This document shows positions 17,463 to 25,951 of a stretch of DNA of 31,872 nucleotides, in pieces; position 1 is the first letter of the stretch; the number at the start of each line of letters is the position of its first letter. Origin of the DNA: a virus (lineage: Duplodnaviria; Heunggongvirae; Uroviricota; Caudoviricetes); the IMG/VR virus record IMGVR_UViG_3300045988_180666; one strand, written 5' to 3'. Below the pieces are notes generated by a model. That model did not search any database and had not been told where the DNA came from. It was given only the letters and a program-made list of their open reading frames with translations. Position numbers and translations under genes: made by a program.

Positions 17463-19064
17463 CTATAGCATGGAACCCGTGGCGATGTAGCCATCAGCCT
17501 GAGGGTATTTCTCCATGCCAATCATGAGCGTGTCGTAGGCATCGGAGCCATCGGTGCGAGCCTCCAACTTATCCTCCTCGGTCTCAGCCAGCTTCTCGCC
17601 TCGCTTATCCTTCTTGCCGTTGTAGACCCCGGCCAGGCGGATGGAGATGAGCAGGTCTTCGTTGTTCTCGCTGTTGATCATCGAGCGATGCTCAGCCTTG
17701 CCGAGGAACATGCGGTTGAGCAGAAGCATCTTTTCGAGATGTCCCATCGGGTTGCCCAGATAGACCTCGTTGACATACCAGCCATGGTCGGTGAGGTAGT
17801 CGGTGATGAAGGTATGGAAGTCATCGTTCATCAGGGCGTAGTTGTTGCCCACGAAGGTGGAGTCGTAGTAGAAGTTGACCTCTTTGCACCGATGGTACTC
17901 ATAGTACTGCATGAACTTGTCGAGCAGGGCTGGCAGCTTCTCCTCATACTTCACGAAGATGCTCTTGAGGCAGCGTGCCTCGCCCCGCAGGTTGTCTTGT
18001 CCGACGGCTATCCAGTTGATGAGGGCGTTGGCATCGAAGGCGATGCAGAGCGGACGGTCGGGGTCAACGTCGGCATCCATTCTGGAATCTACATGCTTGA
18101 GCTTGTCGATGTCGTAGCCCAAGCCATCGAGGTAGGCGAGGTTGGGCGCCGTGTATAGGTTGGCATCCCTGAGGTTGGAGTAGAAGCCATCGAGCGAGAT
18201 GGAAGGTCGCTTGCACATGATGGAGGTCTGGAAGGTGAGGGCAGGGAGGTCTCGCTTCATCTGCTTGATGAACTCCATGCCGAGCACCTCGATGTTATAG
18301 ACCGATGAGTACTCTTTATAGAAGAGTGCCTTGGAGCGCAGTTGCGCCAGGAGCTGACCAATCTCTCGGAGTCGGCGCTGGGCATAGCCTGAGACATGGC
18401 CCGAGGTCTTGATGCGGTTGCGTATGTCATACTCCTCTACCACGAGCGAGGCGATGGCGTCGATGAGCAGCTGGTCGCAGTCTTTCTTGTAGTTGAGGAA
18501 CCAGGAGCCCTTCTTGGTCACGGGCATATCAGAGGTGATGAGCATGCCATGGTGGTAGTAGTGCTGGCCGAAGAGGTTGACGTTGCCTCGATTGGCAGGG
18601 AAGGTCTCGTCTTTGAGCTGTTCGAAGTTGATGAACTTCGCCTCGTCGATGTCGAGGTAGTCGAGCGAGAGGGAGTTGGAGGTACCCTTGCGGTCTTGCG
18701 AGATGATGGTACCGATGGAGCCGTTATAGAAAGAGATGGTGTTCTCCCAGTTGCTGGGCGGTATGACCGGGTCGGGCCATCCCAGTTTTTTGGGAGGCTT
18801 GACCCCGATGAGATAATGCTTGCCCCGGTGGAAGCCCCATCGCTCCCAGTGCTGAAGCATCGACGGTATGGTGTTGGTGAGGCATCGCTTGGTGTTGGCG
18901 GATACGAAGCCGCCGTTGCTGCCAGGCATGCGCTGCATGTTGCGCAGGTTGAAGGTGGCGTGGAGAATGCTCTTGCCGATGCCTCGACCGCCCACGACCA
19001 CGTTGTCGCGGGCGGAGATGAGGTTGACCTCCATCTGGGCTGGGTTGAGATATTGATCTATCAT
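17463..19064 (-). CDS. terL: Terminase large subunit
   Basis: Walker A GGRGIGKS near the N-terminus and Walker B LDYLDIDEAKF. Size is 533 aa. The start overlaps the upstream gene by 4 nt. Confidence 0.8.
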   Translation of the reverse strand: MIDQYLNPAQMEVNLISARDNVVVGGRGIGKSILHATFNLRNMQRMPGSNGGFVSANTKRCLTNTIPSMLQHWERWGFHRGKHYLIGVKPPKKLGWPDPVIPPSNWENTISFYNGSIGTIISQDRKGTSNSLSLDYLDIDEAKFINFEQLKDETFPANRGNVNLFGQHYYHHGMLITSDMPVTKKGSWFLNYKKDCDQLLIDAIASLVVEEYDIRNRIKTSGHVSGYAQRRLREIGQLLAQLRSKALFYKEYSSVYNIEVLGMEFIKQMKRDLPALTFQTSIMCKRPSISLDGFYSNLRDANLYTAPNLAYLDGLGYDIDKLKHVDSRMDADVDPDRPLCIAFDANALINWIAVGQDNLRGEARCLKSIFVKYEEKLPALLDKFMQYYEYHRCKEVNFYYDSTFVGNNYALMNDDFHTFITDYLTDHGWYVNEVYLGNPMGHLEKMLLLNRMFLGKAEHRSMINSENNEDLLISIRLAGVYNGKKDKRGEKLAETEEDKLEARTDGSDAYDTLMIGMEKYPQADGYIATGSML

Positions 19065-19690
19065 AGTGCTTTGTCCTCCTTGACTTCTTCTGTAGGTGTA
19101 TATTCCAAGAGCTGTTCGTCGTAGTCCTCGGCCTCGATCTTGACGAGATCCATGGAGTTGTCGGTGTATTTCTTGACGAGCTTCTTGATGGTCTGCATCA
19201 CGTTAGGGATGCGCTTGAGACCCAAGTGTCGTGGGTCGGTGGTAGGGATGAAGACCTGAGGCTGAATCTGGTCGTAGCCGTTGTCGGTAGGATCCTCTTT
19301 GTCGAGCAGGTGATATTTGCCGTATGCAGCTGCGGCGGCAGCCATGGCTCGGGCATCGCCCATGGAGTCGGCCTTGTCGTAGGTGCGCTGTATCATCTGG
19401 TCGAAGCGATAGCGGGCGAAGTCTTTTGACACTTTTTGCAGGTTGCCCAATATGAGCTTGATGAGGTGCAGGTCGTTGTAAGCCATCATGCGCTGCACCT
19501 TGTAGTCGTGCATATCTTTATAGACCAGCTCTTGGTCGCTCTTGCGAGGGTTGATGAGCCACCAGGCATAGAGGGCACGGATGCGCAAAATGCGGTCGCG
19601 CACTGGGGCGGGCACATTTTGCGCATCCATCTCTTCGGGTGTGCGGTCCATCAGTTCGATGATGGCATCGATGTTGGCGGGTTCTCTCAT
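19061..19690 (-). CDS. Putative terminase small subunit / packaging-associated protein
   Basis: 209 aa. Translationally coupled to terL and lies immediately upstream of it. No diagnostic motif was found, so the call rests on position only. Confidence 0.35.
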   Translation of the reverse strand: MREPANIDAIIELMDRTPEEMDAQNVPAPVRDRILRIRALYAWWLINPRKSDQELVYKDMHDYKVQRMMAYNDLHLIKLILGNLQKVSKDFARYRFDQMIQRTYDKADSMGDARAMAAAAAAYGKYHLLDKEDPTDNGYDQIQPQVFIPTTDPRHLGLKRIPNVMQTIKKLVKKYTDNSMDLVKIEAEDYDEQLLEYTPTEEVKEDKAL

Positions 19691-19968
19691 ATTCTAATCT
19701 CCTCTAACATTTGGTTCAGATATTCGTGTGTGCGCTGCACCGCCTGTGGCGAGCCAGCCGCAGCCAGGTCTAGCTTGTTTTTGCGTATCTGCTGGCGCAC
19801 CGTCGCCATGCCCAAGTAATAGACACGGTGAAGCTCGGAGTCGGGCTTCAGTATCTCGTCACGCAGATCGTCCTCGCTAATATCCAAAAGGACGGACATC
19901 TCGGATATCGGAGTCAACGTCTCCGCGAAGTCTTGCACTTTTTTGAGTAATTCCTGAGAAATTTCCAT
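19687..19968 (-). CDS. Small HTH-like protein (TerS N-terminal-like DNA-binding domain?)
   Basis: 93 aa. The ISEMSVLLDISEDDLRDEIL segment resembles a helix-turn-helix. The N-terminal region overlaps the previous gene by 92 nt. Confidence 0.35.
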   Translation of the reverse strand: MEISQELLKKVQDFAETLTPISEMSVLLDISEDDLRDEILKPDSELHRVYYLGMATVRQQIRKNKLDLAAAGSPQAVQRTHEYLNQMLEEIRI

Positions 19969-20452
19969 TGATTCTTAAGCTTTGAGTGTCACAATGAAGG
20001 GTATATCCGCCGAAGAGGTCGGCGAAGACCTGCGGGTCGGTGGTGATGATGGTTGACTCGTCACGGCTGCCGTAGGTCTGGTTTTGCGAGGTGACGACCG
20101 ACACGACGTGCTGGTCGTTGCGGAAGAGTGTCACCTTGGAGTGGTTTTGCCCCAGGAACACATCGTTGAAGCAGGTCTGCATCATGCGCCACAGCTGCAC
20201 GGTCTTTTTGCTCGCCTTGACATCGAGCAGCATCGTTGCCGACAGGATGCTGCCCGACTGGCGCATCAGGCGGAAGCCTCGCAGGAACTCCTCGGAGGTG
20301 GAGTAGGAAGACACCCACACATCTGCAGGGCCTATCTGGGAGAGAATCCACTTGATGAGACCGAGGGTGTGGAGGTGCCGCCCGAAGTAGGCTTGCGTCT
20401 GGGCATCGGCGATAGGACGGAGCAGGTCACTGACCTTGACCTTGGTCGGCAT
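19877..20452 (-). CDS. Hypothetical protein (191 aa)
   Basis: Open frame in the head-packaging operon. No domain recognised. Confidence 0.4.
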   Translation of the reverse strand: MPTKVKVSDLLRPIADAQTQAYFGRHLHTLGLIKWILSQIGPADVWVSSYSTSEEFLRGFRLMRQSGSILSATMLLDVKASKKTVQLWRMMQTCFNDVFLGQNHSKVTLFRNDQHVVSVVTSQNQTYGSRDESTIITTDPQVFADLFGGYTLHCDTQSLRINGNFSGITQKSARLRGDVDSDIRDVRPFGY

Positions 20453-21170
20453 TGGCGGCTAGCTTAGCCTTGGCTACACGGTCACGGTCGGCATTGGTAA
20501 CCTGGTATGAGTCGTAGGTGAGCATGTCGGCACGATAGCGCTTGTCGAGGTCGGAGAGTATCTTGAGAAGCTCGTATCGGTCGCATGGCTCAAGGCGCTC
20601 CATCGTCTTGAGCGTCTCGAAGGTCGATTTAATCTGCTTGTATCGCTTGGCGTTGGCATCCCAGAGAGCGGCAACCTCGGCAGGAAGGAACTCATGGTCG
20701 CTGCGCTTGCCCTTGCGGATGACCGCCACGCCATCGCTCTCGGAGGAAGGCAGCTCGGCATCATCGGTCGAGCCATCATCGTCGATGGAATCGGCATTTT
20801 TTGCGATTTCATTGCCATTTTCGTCGGTTTCATCGGTCTTTTTGGTCGTTTTCTCGGTCGTATCGGTCGTTTCTTCGGTCGTTGCCACAGGTACGCCCTC
20901 ACTGATGATGGCTTGCGCCTCTGGTATGACGATGGCATCCATCTGCTTGACCTCTTCGATGGTCATGCCATCGAGACGAATCTTCAGGAACTTATTCAGC
21001 TCATACTCGATGTTGGTGCGATAAACCTGTGGCTGTCGGGTGGCACGGAAATGGTAGAAGCGATTGCGGTTGAGACGGAAGAGCATGTCTGCGCCCTTGA
21101 TGATGTCAGCGTCGCTCTCGTGCTTGGCATTGAGCCACGCCTGTATCTGTTTGGTGAATTGATGATCCAT
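20427..21170 (-). CDS. Hypothetical protein with a central acidic Thr/Glu/Asp-rich low-complexity segment (start ATG 21170, MDHQFTKQIQ)
   Basis: The track ORF extends to 21302 through a non-ATG start. The ATG at 21170 follows the terminator at 21201-21231. It contains the segment TTEETTDTTEKTTKKTDETDENGNEIAKNADSIDDDGSTDDAE. Confidence 0.45.
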   Translation of the reverse strand: MDHQFTKQIQAWLNAKHESDADIIKGADMLFRLNRNRFYHFRATRQPQVYRTNIEYELNKFLKIRLDGMTIEEVKQMDAIVIPEAQAIISEGVPVATTEETTDTTEKTTKKTDETDENGNEIAKNADSIDDDGSTDDAELPSSESDGVAVIRKGKRSDHEFLPAEVAALWDANAKRYKQIKSTFETLKTMERLEPCDRYELLKILSDLDKRYRADMLTYDSYQVTNADRDRVAKAKLAANADQGQGQ

Positions 21171-21200
21171 ATATAAGAATGTTTTTGATGAAAAGAACAA

Positions 21201-21231
21201 AGGTGGCTCAGGCACGAAGCGAGAGCCACCT
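21201..21231 (-). terminator. Hairpin terminator after the 21287..21883 gene
   Basis: 9-bp perfect stem AGGTGGCTC/GAGCCACCT with a 12-nt loop. On the minus strand it is followed by UUGUUCUUUUCAUC. Confidence 0.45.
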
Positions 21232-21286
21232 AAGCTTTGAAGTTTAAACCGTATGTAGTTATGCAAAAATTTGGGCAAATGAACGT

Positions 21287-21883
21287 TTATGCCGCCTCCC
21301 ATACAGAGCCATCGGAACCCTTGATGTCTCCGGACTCAGTCTCGATCTTGCCAGGATAGAACGGTGTAGGGCAGAAGTCTGTCGCCTCGGTGTTGACGGT
21401 CGTGGTGCAAGCATCGGTCACGCCGCTGCCTGATGCCTGGCTGACGGTAATCTTAGGTGCGAATGCCTCGCAGCCGATGAGACGGGCACGACCCTTGCGG
21501 TCTTGCACCATCATGATGAGCTCGTCGTTGATAGCCATGGTAGCGAAGCCACTGATGTCCTCGTCGGTACCACCCACCACGAACTCGCCTTTGTTGAGGA
21601 ACGTAGCGGAAGGTGCCTCGCCCTGAGTCTCTGCAGTAAAATTGCTCTTGGCATCTACGAGGTCGAGACTGTGCCACTTGGCATCGCTCGCCAAGGTGAA
21701 GTCGCCTGTATATTGAGCCAGCTTAGCTGGGTCTGTGGTCTCGTCAGTTGCCGCTGGCAATGTTGGCCAAGTCAGAATCTGACTCTTCAAGATGAAGAAA
21801 ACACGAGGGCGAACGCCTGGGGCTATGCGAGCCCCAGGACATTTCTTAACTGATTTATATAAATCTTTTGTATTACAAGCCAT
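21287..21883 (-). CDS. Hypothetical virion protein (198 aa) immediately downstream of the capsid gene
   Basis: Position suggests a head decoration or head-tail joining role. No motif recognised. Confidence 0.45.
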   Translation of the reverse strand: MACNTKDLYKSVKKCPGARIAPGVRPRVFFILKSQILTWPTLPAATDETTDPAKLAQYTGDFTLASDAKWHSLDLVDAKSNFTAETQGEAPSATFLNKGEFVVGGTDEDISGFATMAINDELIMMVQDRKGRARLIGCEAFAPKITVSQASGSGVTDACTTTVNTEATDFCPTPFYPGKIETESGDIKGSDGSVWEAA

Positions 21884-21916
21884 AATTTTATCTCCTATAT
21901 ATAATAAGGTGAAACT

Positions 21917-23026
21917 TTACTCCTTGCCCTCAGCTCCGGTATCGTCTGCAGAAGAATTCTTCTGCTCTGCATCGCTAGCTGTGTTGCTGCTTGCAGGATC
22001 AGCACCTGAACCCTTTGTGATGAGCGATGTGGTACCATCGTTTGTGATGAACAGGGCTCGTTCTTTATTGATGCTCTCGTACTGGCAACCTAAGAACTTG
22101 GTGGCGATGAAGTCGAGCTTCCAAGGGTGGTACTTTTCTACGCTGATCTTCTCCTCGTCGCTGTTGTTTGCCTCGTTGACACCCACGAGCATATTGTTGC
22201 GAGTGGTGAGCTGGAAGAACGGAGCGTTCTTCTTGTTGATGAGTGGTACCATCTCAACGTTGTCGAAACCCTCGACGGTGTTGTGGTTGTAACCGGTATT
22301 GTATGGCACATTGCCAAACTTATTGAGGTAGTTGCGGTTGTAGAGATTGATGAACGCCTGTGGAACGTAGAGATAAAGCTTCTCTTCGCCAATCAGTTCT
22401 TCGTCAGCCTCCTCGCAAATGGCCTGTGCGAAGTCAACGGCGTTATCGCTGCTGATATTCTTACCACTGCCCAAAATATCTGAAACTTTGATGAGGTTGC
22501 CGAGGTCTCGAGACAGCTTGCCATTAGTCAACTCAGTCTTGGCGATGGTATCGAAACCATTGAAGAGGTCTTTTGAGCCTTTGCCCTCGTCGTTGCGCAC
22601 GGCATCGAAGAGGTGGAGGTTGAGGTTCTTGCCCAGCTTGAGCGCCAAGAGCTGCAGCACCTGAAGGGTGATTGGCACGTTCTTAAGCGCTTCGCCATTC
22701 ATGGCGTTGGCCCCCCAAATGGTGGAATAAACTGAGTTCGGGGAGAACTTGATGTCAACGTTGCCGAGGAACACCTGCAAAGTGCGAGGTGTAATCTTTA
22801 CGCCACCATCGCCCACGCGGTTCTCGTCGTATGGACCAAACTCTGCGTTGCCGAGCAACTCGCCCACGGTCTCTGAAACTCTGATGCCCGGGCGCAGGGT
22901 CATGTACTTGAGTGACTGAGCCAAGCCTTTGGTAGGCATCGTAATCAACTTCGAACGGTAAGTTTTCGCAGTGTTCTGCAGCTGTACATCGACATCTACA
23001 GGCACAATGAATTTATTATCTGCCAT
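21917..23026 (-). CDS. Major capsid protein (ATG at 23026, MADNKF...)
   Basis: 369-aa protein directly after the prohead protease/scaffold gene, in HK97-like order. The ATG is 2 nt after the protease stop. Confidence 0.55.
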   Translation of the reverse strand: MADNKFIVPVDVDVQLQNTAKTYRSKLITMPTKGLAQSLKYMTLRPGIRVSETVGELLGNAEFGPYDENRVGDGGVKITPRTLQVFLGNVDIKFSPNSVYSTIWGANAMNGEALKNVPITLQVLQLLALKLGKNLNLHLFDAVRNDEGKGSKDLFNGFDTIAKTELTNGKLSRDLGNLIKVSDILGSGKNISSDNAVDFAQAICEEADEELIGEEKLYLYVPQAFINLYNRNYLNKFGNVPYNTGYNHNTVEGFDNVEMVPLINKKNAPFFQLTTRNNMLVGVNEANNSDEEKISVEKYHPWKLDFIATKFLGCQYESINKERALFITNDGTTSLITKGSGADPASSNTASDAEQKNSSADDTGAEGKE

Positions 23027-23027
23027 A

Positions 23028-24053
23028 TTATGCAAACTGATTTAAAACATCCAACACTTGATCTGAGCAGAAATCCTCGACCTTGGTGTCATCGACAGCA
23101 GTGTGCGTGTCGCCACCAGGCTCTCCCTCCAGATCCTTCACTTTATCCTTCAGGTCATCTCTCTCCTTTTCGAGATTCTTGACCTTAGTCTCTAACTCCT
23201 TCTTCTCGTCCTTGACCTTCTGAAGCTCTGTGTCTTTGTCGGTCACGGCCTTGGAGTCGGCAGCGATCTTATCCTCCAGTTTCTGCATCTGCTCCTGTGA
23301 GATTGTGCAGTTCTTTGCGGAATCTTCTGCCTCAATGCCCTCGATATTGAGGACATTGTTGATGTGAGTCCATTTTTTGATCATATTAATAATTTTATTT
23401 TGTGATTTATCTTTGCCGAATAATCGGTCGATGATGCTTGGCTTTTTATCATACCAGGAGTTAACAACCTCTGGGAGAACAGGAAGGTTGTTGTACTTGA
23501 TGAAGTCTTGCGTCTGCTCGGTGATGTCGGCAGGCTTGCCATCCATGGCTTCATCGACGAGACCCAGTTCGATGCACTCATCGACGGTGTGCCACATCGC
23601 TTCGGACATCACCTTGACGATGTCCTCGTGCTTCTTGCCCGAGCGATCGCAGTAAACGTTGGCGATGATGTTGTCGATTTTCTGCTGGTTCTCTTGCTGT
23701 TTTTGAAGTTGCTCGATGAGCGAGCCTATCTGCTCCTCGTTGAGCGCAGACCACACAAACTGCTCGGTAGAGCACTTGTGTACCAGGAGCAAGCTATATT
23801 TGCTCATGCGAATCTTGCTGGCACCCATCGCACAGATGGTGGCAGCAGAGGCAGAGAAGCCCGCCTGGAAGTCAACGGTCACGTCGCCATGGGACTTGAA
23901 CATCTGACAGATGGCGAGACCTGCGGAGACCTCGCCACCCAAGGAGTCGATGGCAACATCGACGTGCTTATCTTTGTTGGCCTTAAGAACATCGCGAACC
24001 ATGAGCTTGGTCCACGAGCCAATATATCCTGTGATAGAAATTTGGTACTTCAT
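23028..24053 (-). CDS. ClpP-like (S14) prohead protease fused to a C-terminal coiled-coil scaffold domain
   Basis: The N-terminal half has ClpP-like segments (DSLGGEVSAGLAICQ, FSASAATICAMGASK). The C-terminal roughly 100 aa is a K/E-rich coiled coil (KDTELQKVKDEKKELETKVKNLEKERDDLKDKVKDLE). Confidence 0.65.
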   Translation of the reverse strand: MKYQISITGYIGSWTKLMVRDVLKANKDKHVDVAIDSLGGEVSAGLAICQMFKSHGDVTVDFQAGFSASAATICAMGASKIRMSKYSLLLVHKCSTEQFVWSALNEEQIGSLIEQLQKQQENQQKIDNIIANVYCDRSGKKHEDIVKVMSEAMWHTVDECIELGLVDEAMDGKPADITEQTQDFIKYNNLPVLPEVVNSWYDKKPSIIDRLFGKDKSQNKIINMIKKWTHINNVLNIEGIEAEDSAKNCTISQEQMQKLEDKIAADSKAVTDKDTELQKVKDEKKELETKVKNLEKERDDLKDKVKDLEGEPGGDTHTAVDDTKVEDFCSDQVLDVLNQFA

Positions 24054-24085
24054 ATATCTTTGCGATTTTTACGGCGCAAAGATAT
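24054..24085. promoter_or_regulatory. 11-bp perfect inverted repeat ATATCTTTGCG-N10-CGCAAAGATAT abutting the protease start codon. Each arm contains a TATCTTTG -7 box.
   Basis: Read directly from the sequence. The right arm gives a minus-strand -7 box about 30 nt upstream of ATG 24053. The left arm gives a plus-strand copy. Confidence 0.5.
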
Positions 24086-24113
24086 ATAATAATGTATAAG
24101 GATAAAAAAACTT

Positions 24114-24533
24114 TTATTGGATGATTTGGAGCGGTTTTATCACGTCAGACCATGTCACGGTATAAGTGATGAGCGATGAGTCTGTGTGTGAGCTTGGCAT
24201 ATTTTCGGTGCGAGTGAGCACCGGGAAGGGACGCTGGTCTCTGCCCAGAAGATAGGCGCACCCATCGGCGGTAGTCACCTTGTAGGCGAGCGGGTGAACC
24301 TCTGAGTCTATCTGCTCGCTCGACTTGAAGGTGAGCTTTGAAGTGAAAATGCGAACCTTGGACTCAATTTTGTCGGTGATTTCACAACTCGACGGCATTT
24401 TGCACTTTATCTGCTGGAAGACTGCACTTGCAGGAATGATGCAAAGATTTTTGGCTGGGAAGATGACAGCCTTGAGGTCATCGGCTCTCACGACCTCAAT
24501 CTTGATGATGTTTTTGATGTATGACATAAGCAT
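24114..24533 (-). CDS. Hypothetical protein (139 aa)
   Basis: Open frame between the 24613 gene and the protease gene. Confidence 0.4.
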   Translation of the reverse strand: MLMSYIKNIIKIEVVRADDLKAVIFPAKNLCIIPASAVFQQIKCKMPSSCEITDKIESKVRIFTSKLTFKSSEQIDSEVHPLAYKVTTADGCAYLLGRDQRPFPVLTRTENMPSSHTDSSLITYTVTWSDVIKPLQIIQ

Positions 24534-24612
24534 GAAAATTTATCTTTTTGTTTGGAATCGACGGATATTTCGGTTTTGTTCGGAGTTGTTTGCAGAGACG
24601 GAAAAATTTGTA

Positions 24613-25209
24613 TTAATCTTTGCTAAATCTTGTTGTAGATGTTAAATTTACGCCTCTTTTTGCGTGTTGATCACGCATTCTGTAGAAACATTGGCGTACG
24701 GTATCCTCGTAATCGATGCCAATGCCATGCTGTTCGCACCATGCCGAAATGAGCGATGAAAGCTTGCATGAGCGGTCGGCGATGTCTTTGAGCGAAGCCC
24801 AGAGATCCATCTTGAAGAGGTCGGAAATCATCTCTTTGACGGCACGTCTGGCACGTGGCCCGAGGTAGTTGTACTCTCGCACAGGCTTAGCCTTGGAGTC
24901 AGGCAGCTCGATGGCAAGATACTCTTCGGGATGGGTGAGCCATCGGCTCTGCTCGAACTCCTCGTCGTGGAAGGTATGCTTGACACTTTGGTGCAGTTGG
25001 CTGGCATCAGCCTGCTGCATCTCTTGGATGTTCTCTTGGTCGATAGGCGATAGGTTGACAACGGGAGGTCTGCTGGTGAACTTGCGGAGCACAGCCACCT
25101 CGTTGCCGATGGCAGGGAAGACCACTGGGTTGCCATAAGCTCGGTAAGCCCATTGTCTGATGTGGGTAGGAACTTTGATGTAAACAATTGGATTCATATA
25201 GCTATGCAA
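24613..25209 (-). CDS. Hypothetical protein (about 198 aa; alternative start MNPIVYIK at 25197)
   Basis: First gene downstream of the promoter at 25217-25226. Confidence 0.45.
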   Translation of the reverse strand: MHSYMNPIVYIKVPTHIRQWAYRAYGNPVVFPAIGNEVAVLRKFTSRPPVVNLSPIDQENIQEMQQADASQLHQSVKHTFHDEEFEQSRWLTHPEEYLAIELPDSKAKPVREYNYLGPRARRAVKEMISDLFKMDLWASLKDIADRSCKLSSLISAWCEQHGIGIDYEDTVRQCFYRMRDQHAKRGVNLTSTTRFSKD

Positions 25210-25216
25210 TTTTCGT

Positions 25217-25226
25217 GCAAAGATAC
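25217..25226 (-). promoter_or_regulatory. -7 box TATCTTTGCA for the head/packaging operon
   Basis: Plus strand tgcaaagata; the -33 element is non-canonical. Confidence 0.4.
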
Positions 25227-25299
25227 AAAGAAAATTTGAAATAACTAACGATAATCGGTAAAAACTAACTTTTATCAGTAAATTTGGTGTGATATAATT

Positions 25300-25600
25300 T
25301 CGTCCGAAAAGTTTGTATTTTTGTATCGTACAAACAAGGCTCTGTAACTAGCTGATAATCAATACTATTTTTGTGATACAATTTTCTGATACAGAAATTG
25401 TAACTCTTTAGCTTTTGTAACTTGGGGTTTTGTCGAGGTCGAAGACCTGTAGGAGAAGGGGCTTGTTACAAACTTGAAAAACTTTGTAACAGAGTTGTAA
25501 CGCAACTTTGTAAACATCGGCAAGGCGGCTTAACTCCATCTTTTATAATTATTTACCTCTTTTGCCAACATTATGTTACAGAGTTACAAAGGATTTGTAT
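25300..25600. repeat. Iteron array: about 12 copies of TTGTAAC / GTTACAA and TTGTAT variants. Putative replication origin or regulator-binding array.
   Basis: Copies at 25343, 25398, 25415, 25465 (inverted), 25484, 25495, 25508 (TTGTAAA), 25575 and 25584 (inverted). There is also a TTGTA-TCG-TACAA palindrome at 25321-25333. The array lies just downstream of the primase-helicase gene. Confidence 0.5.
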
Positions 25601-25731
25601 AAAATAAAAGAAAGGGGTGTGGGGAAAACGATGGCACGGGGCGTGAAGGAGGATAGGGAAGGCCCATCGAGACACCCAGGACACCCCCATTGGCCAATGG
25701 AGGGGTAGCGAGACGAAACATCGCCCATGGC

Positions 25732-25770
25732 AACGAAAAAAGGGAGCGACGGCCAATGCGCATCGCTCCC
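25732..25770 (-). terminator. Strong rho-independent terminator for the primase operon
   Basis: Stem GGGAGCGA/TCGCTCCC (8 bp) with a 12-nt loop. On the minus strand it is followed by UUUUUUCGUU. Confidence 0.65.
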
Positions 25771-25951
25771 TCGTAACATGGGAAAAGAATTATAAATCAG
25801 CAAAAATCTGCCTATGAAATCAGCCCTCGTCTGCTTGCAAAAATAGTGAAAAATTGCTTGAAAATTTAGCCGAAAATATTTGCATAATTCAGATATTTTT
25901 TGTACCTTTGCACTATAACTTGGGGCTATCTATTCTATTATATATGGATGG

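Noticed and set aside
25571-25803. Small minus-strand ORFs 25571..25756 and 25576..25803 in the GC-rich ori-adjacent element
   Set aside because: They overlap the rho-independent terminator and the palindrome, and are Pro/Trp/Cys-rich. Two mutually exclusive frames. More likely non-coding DNA structure.
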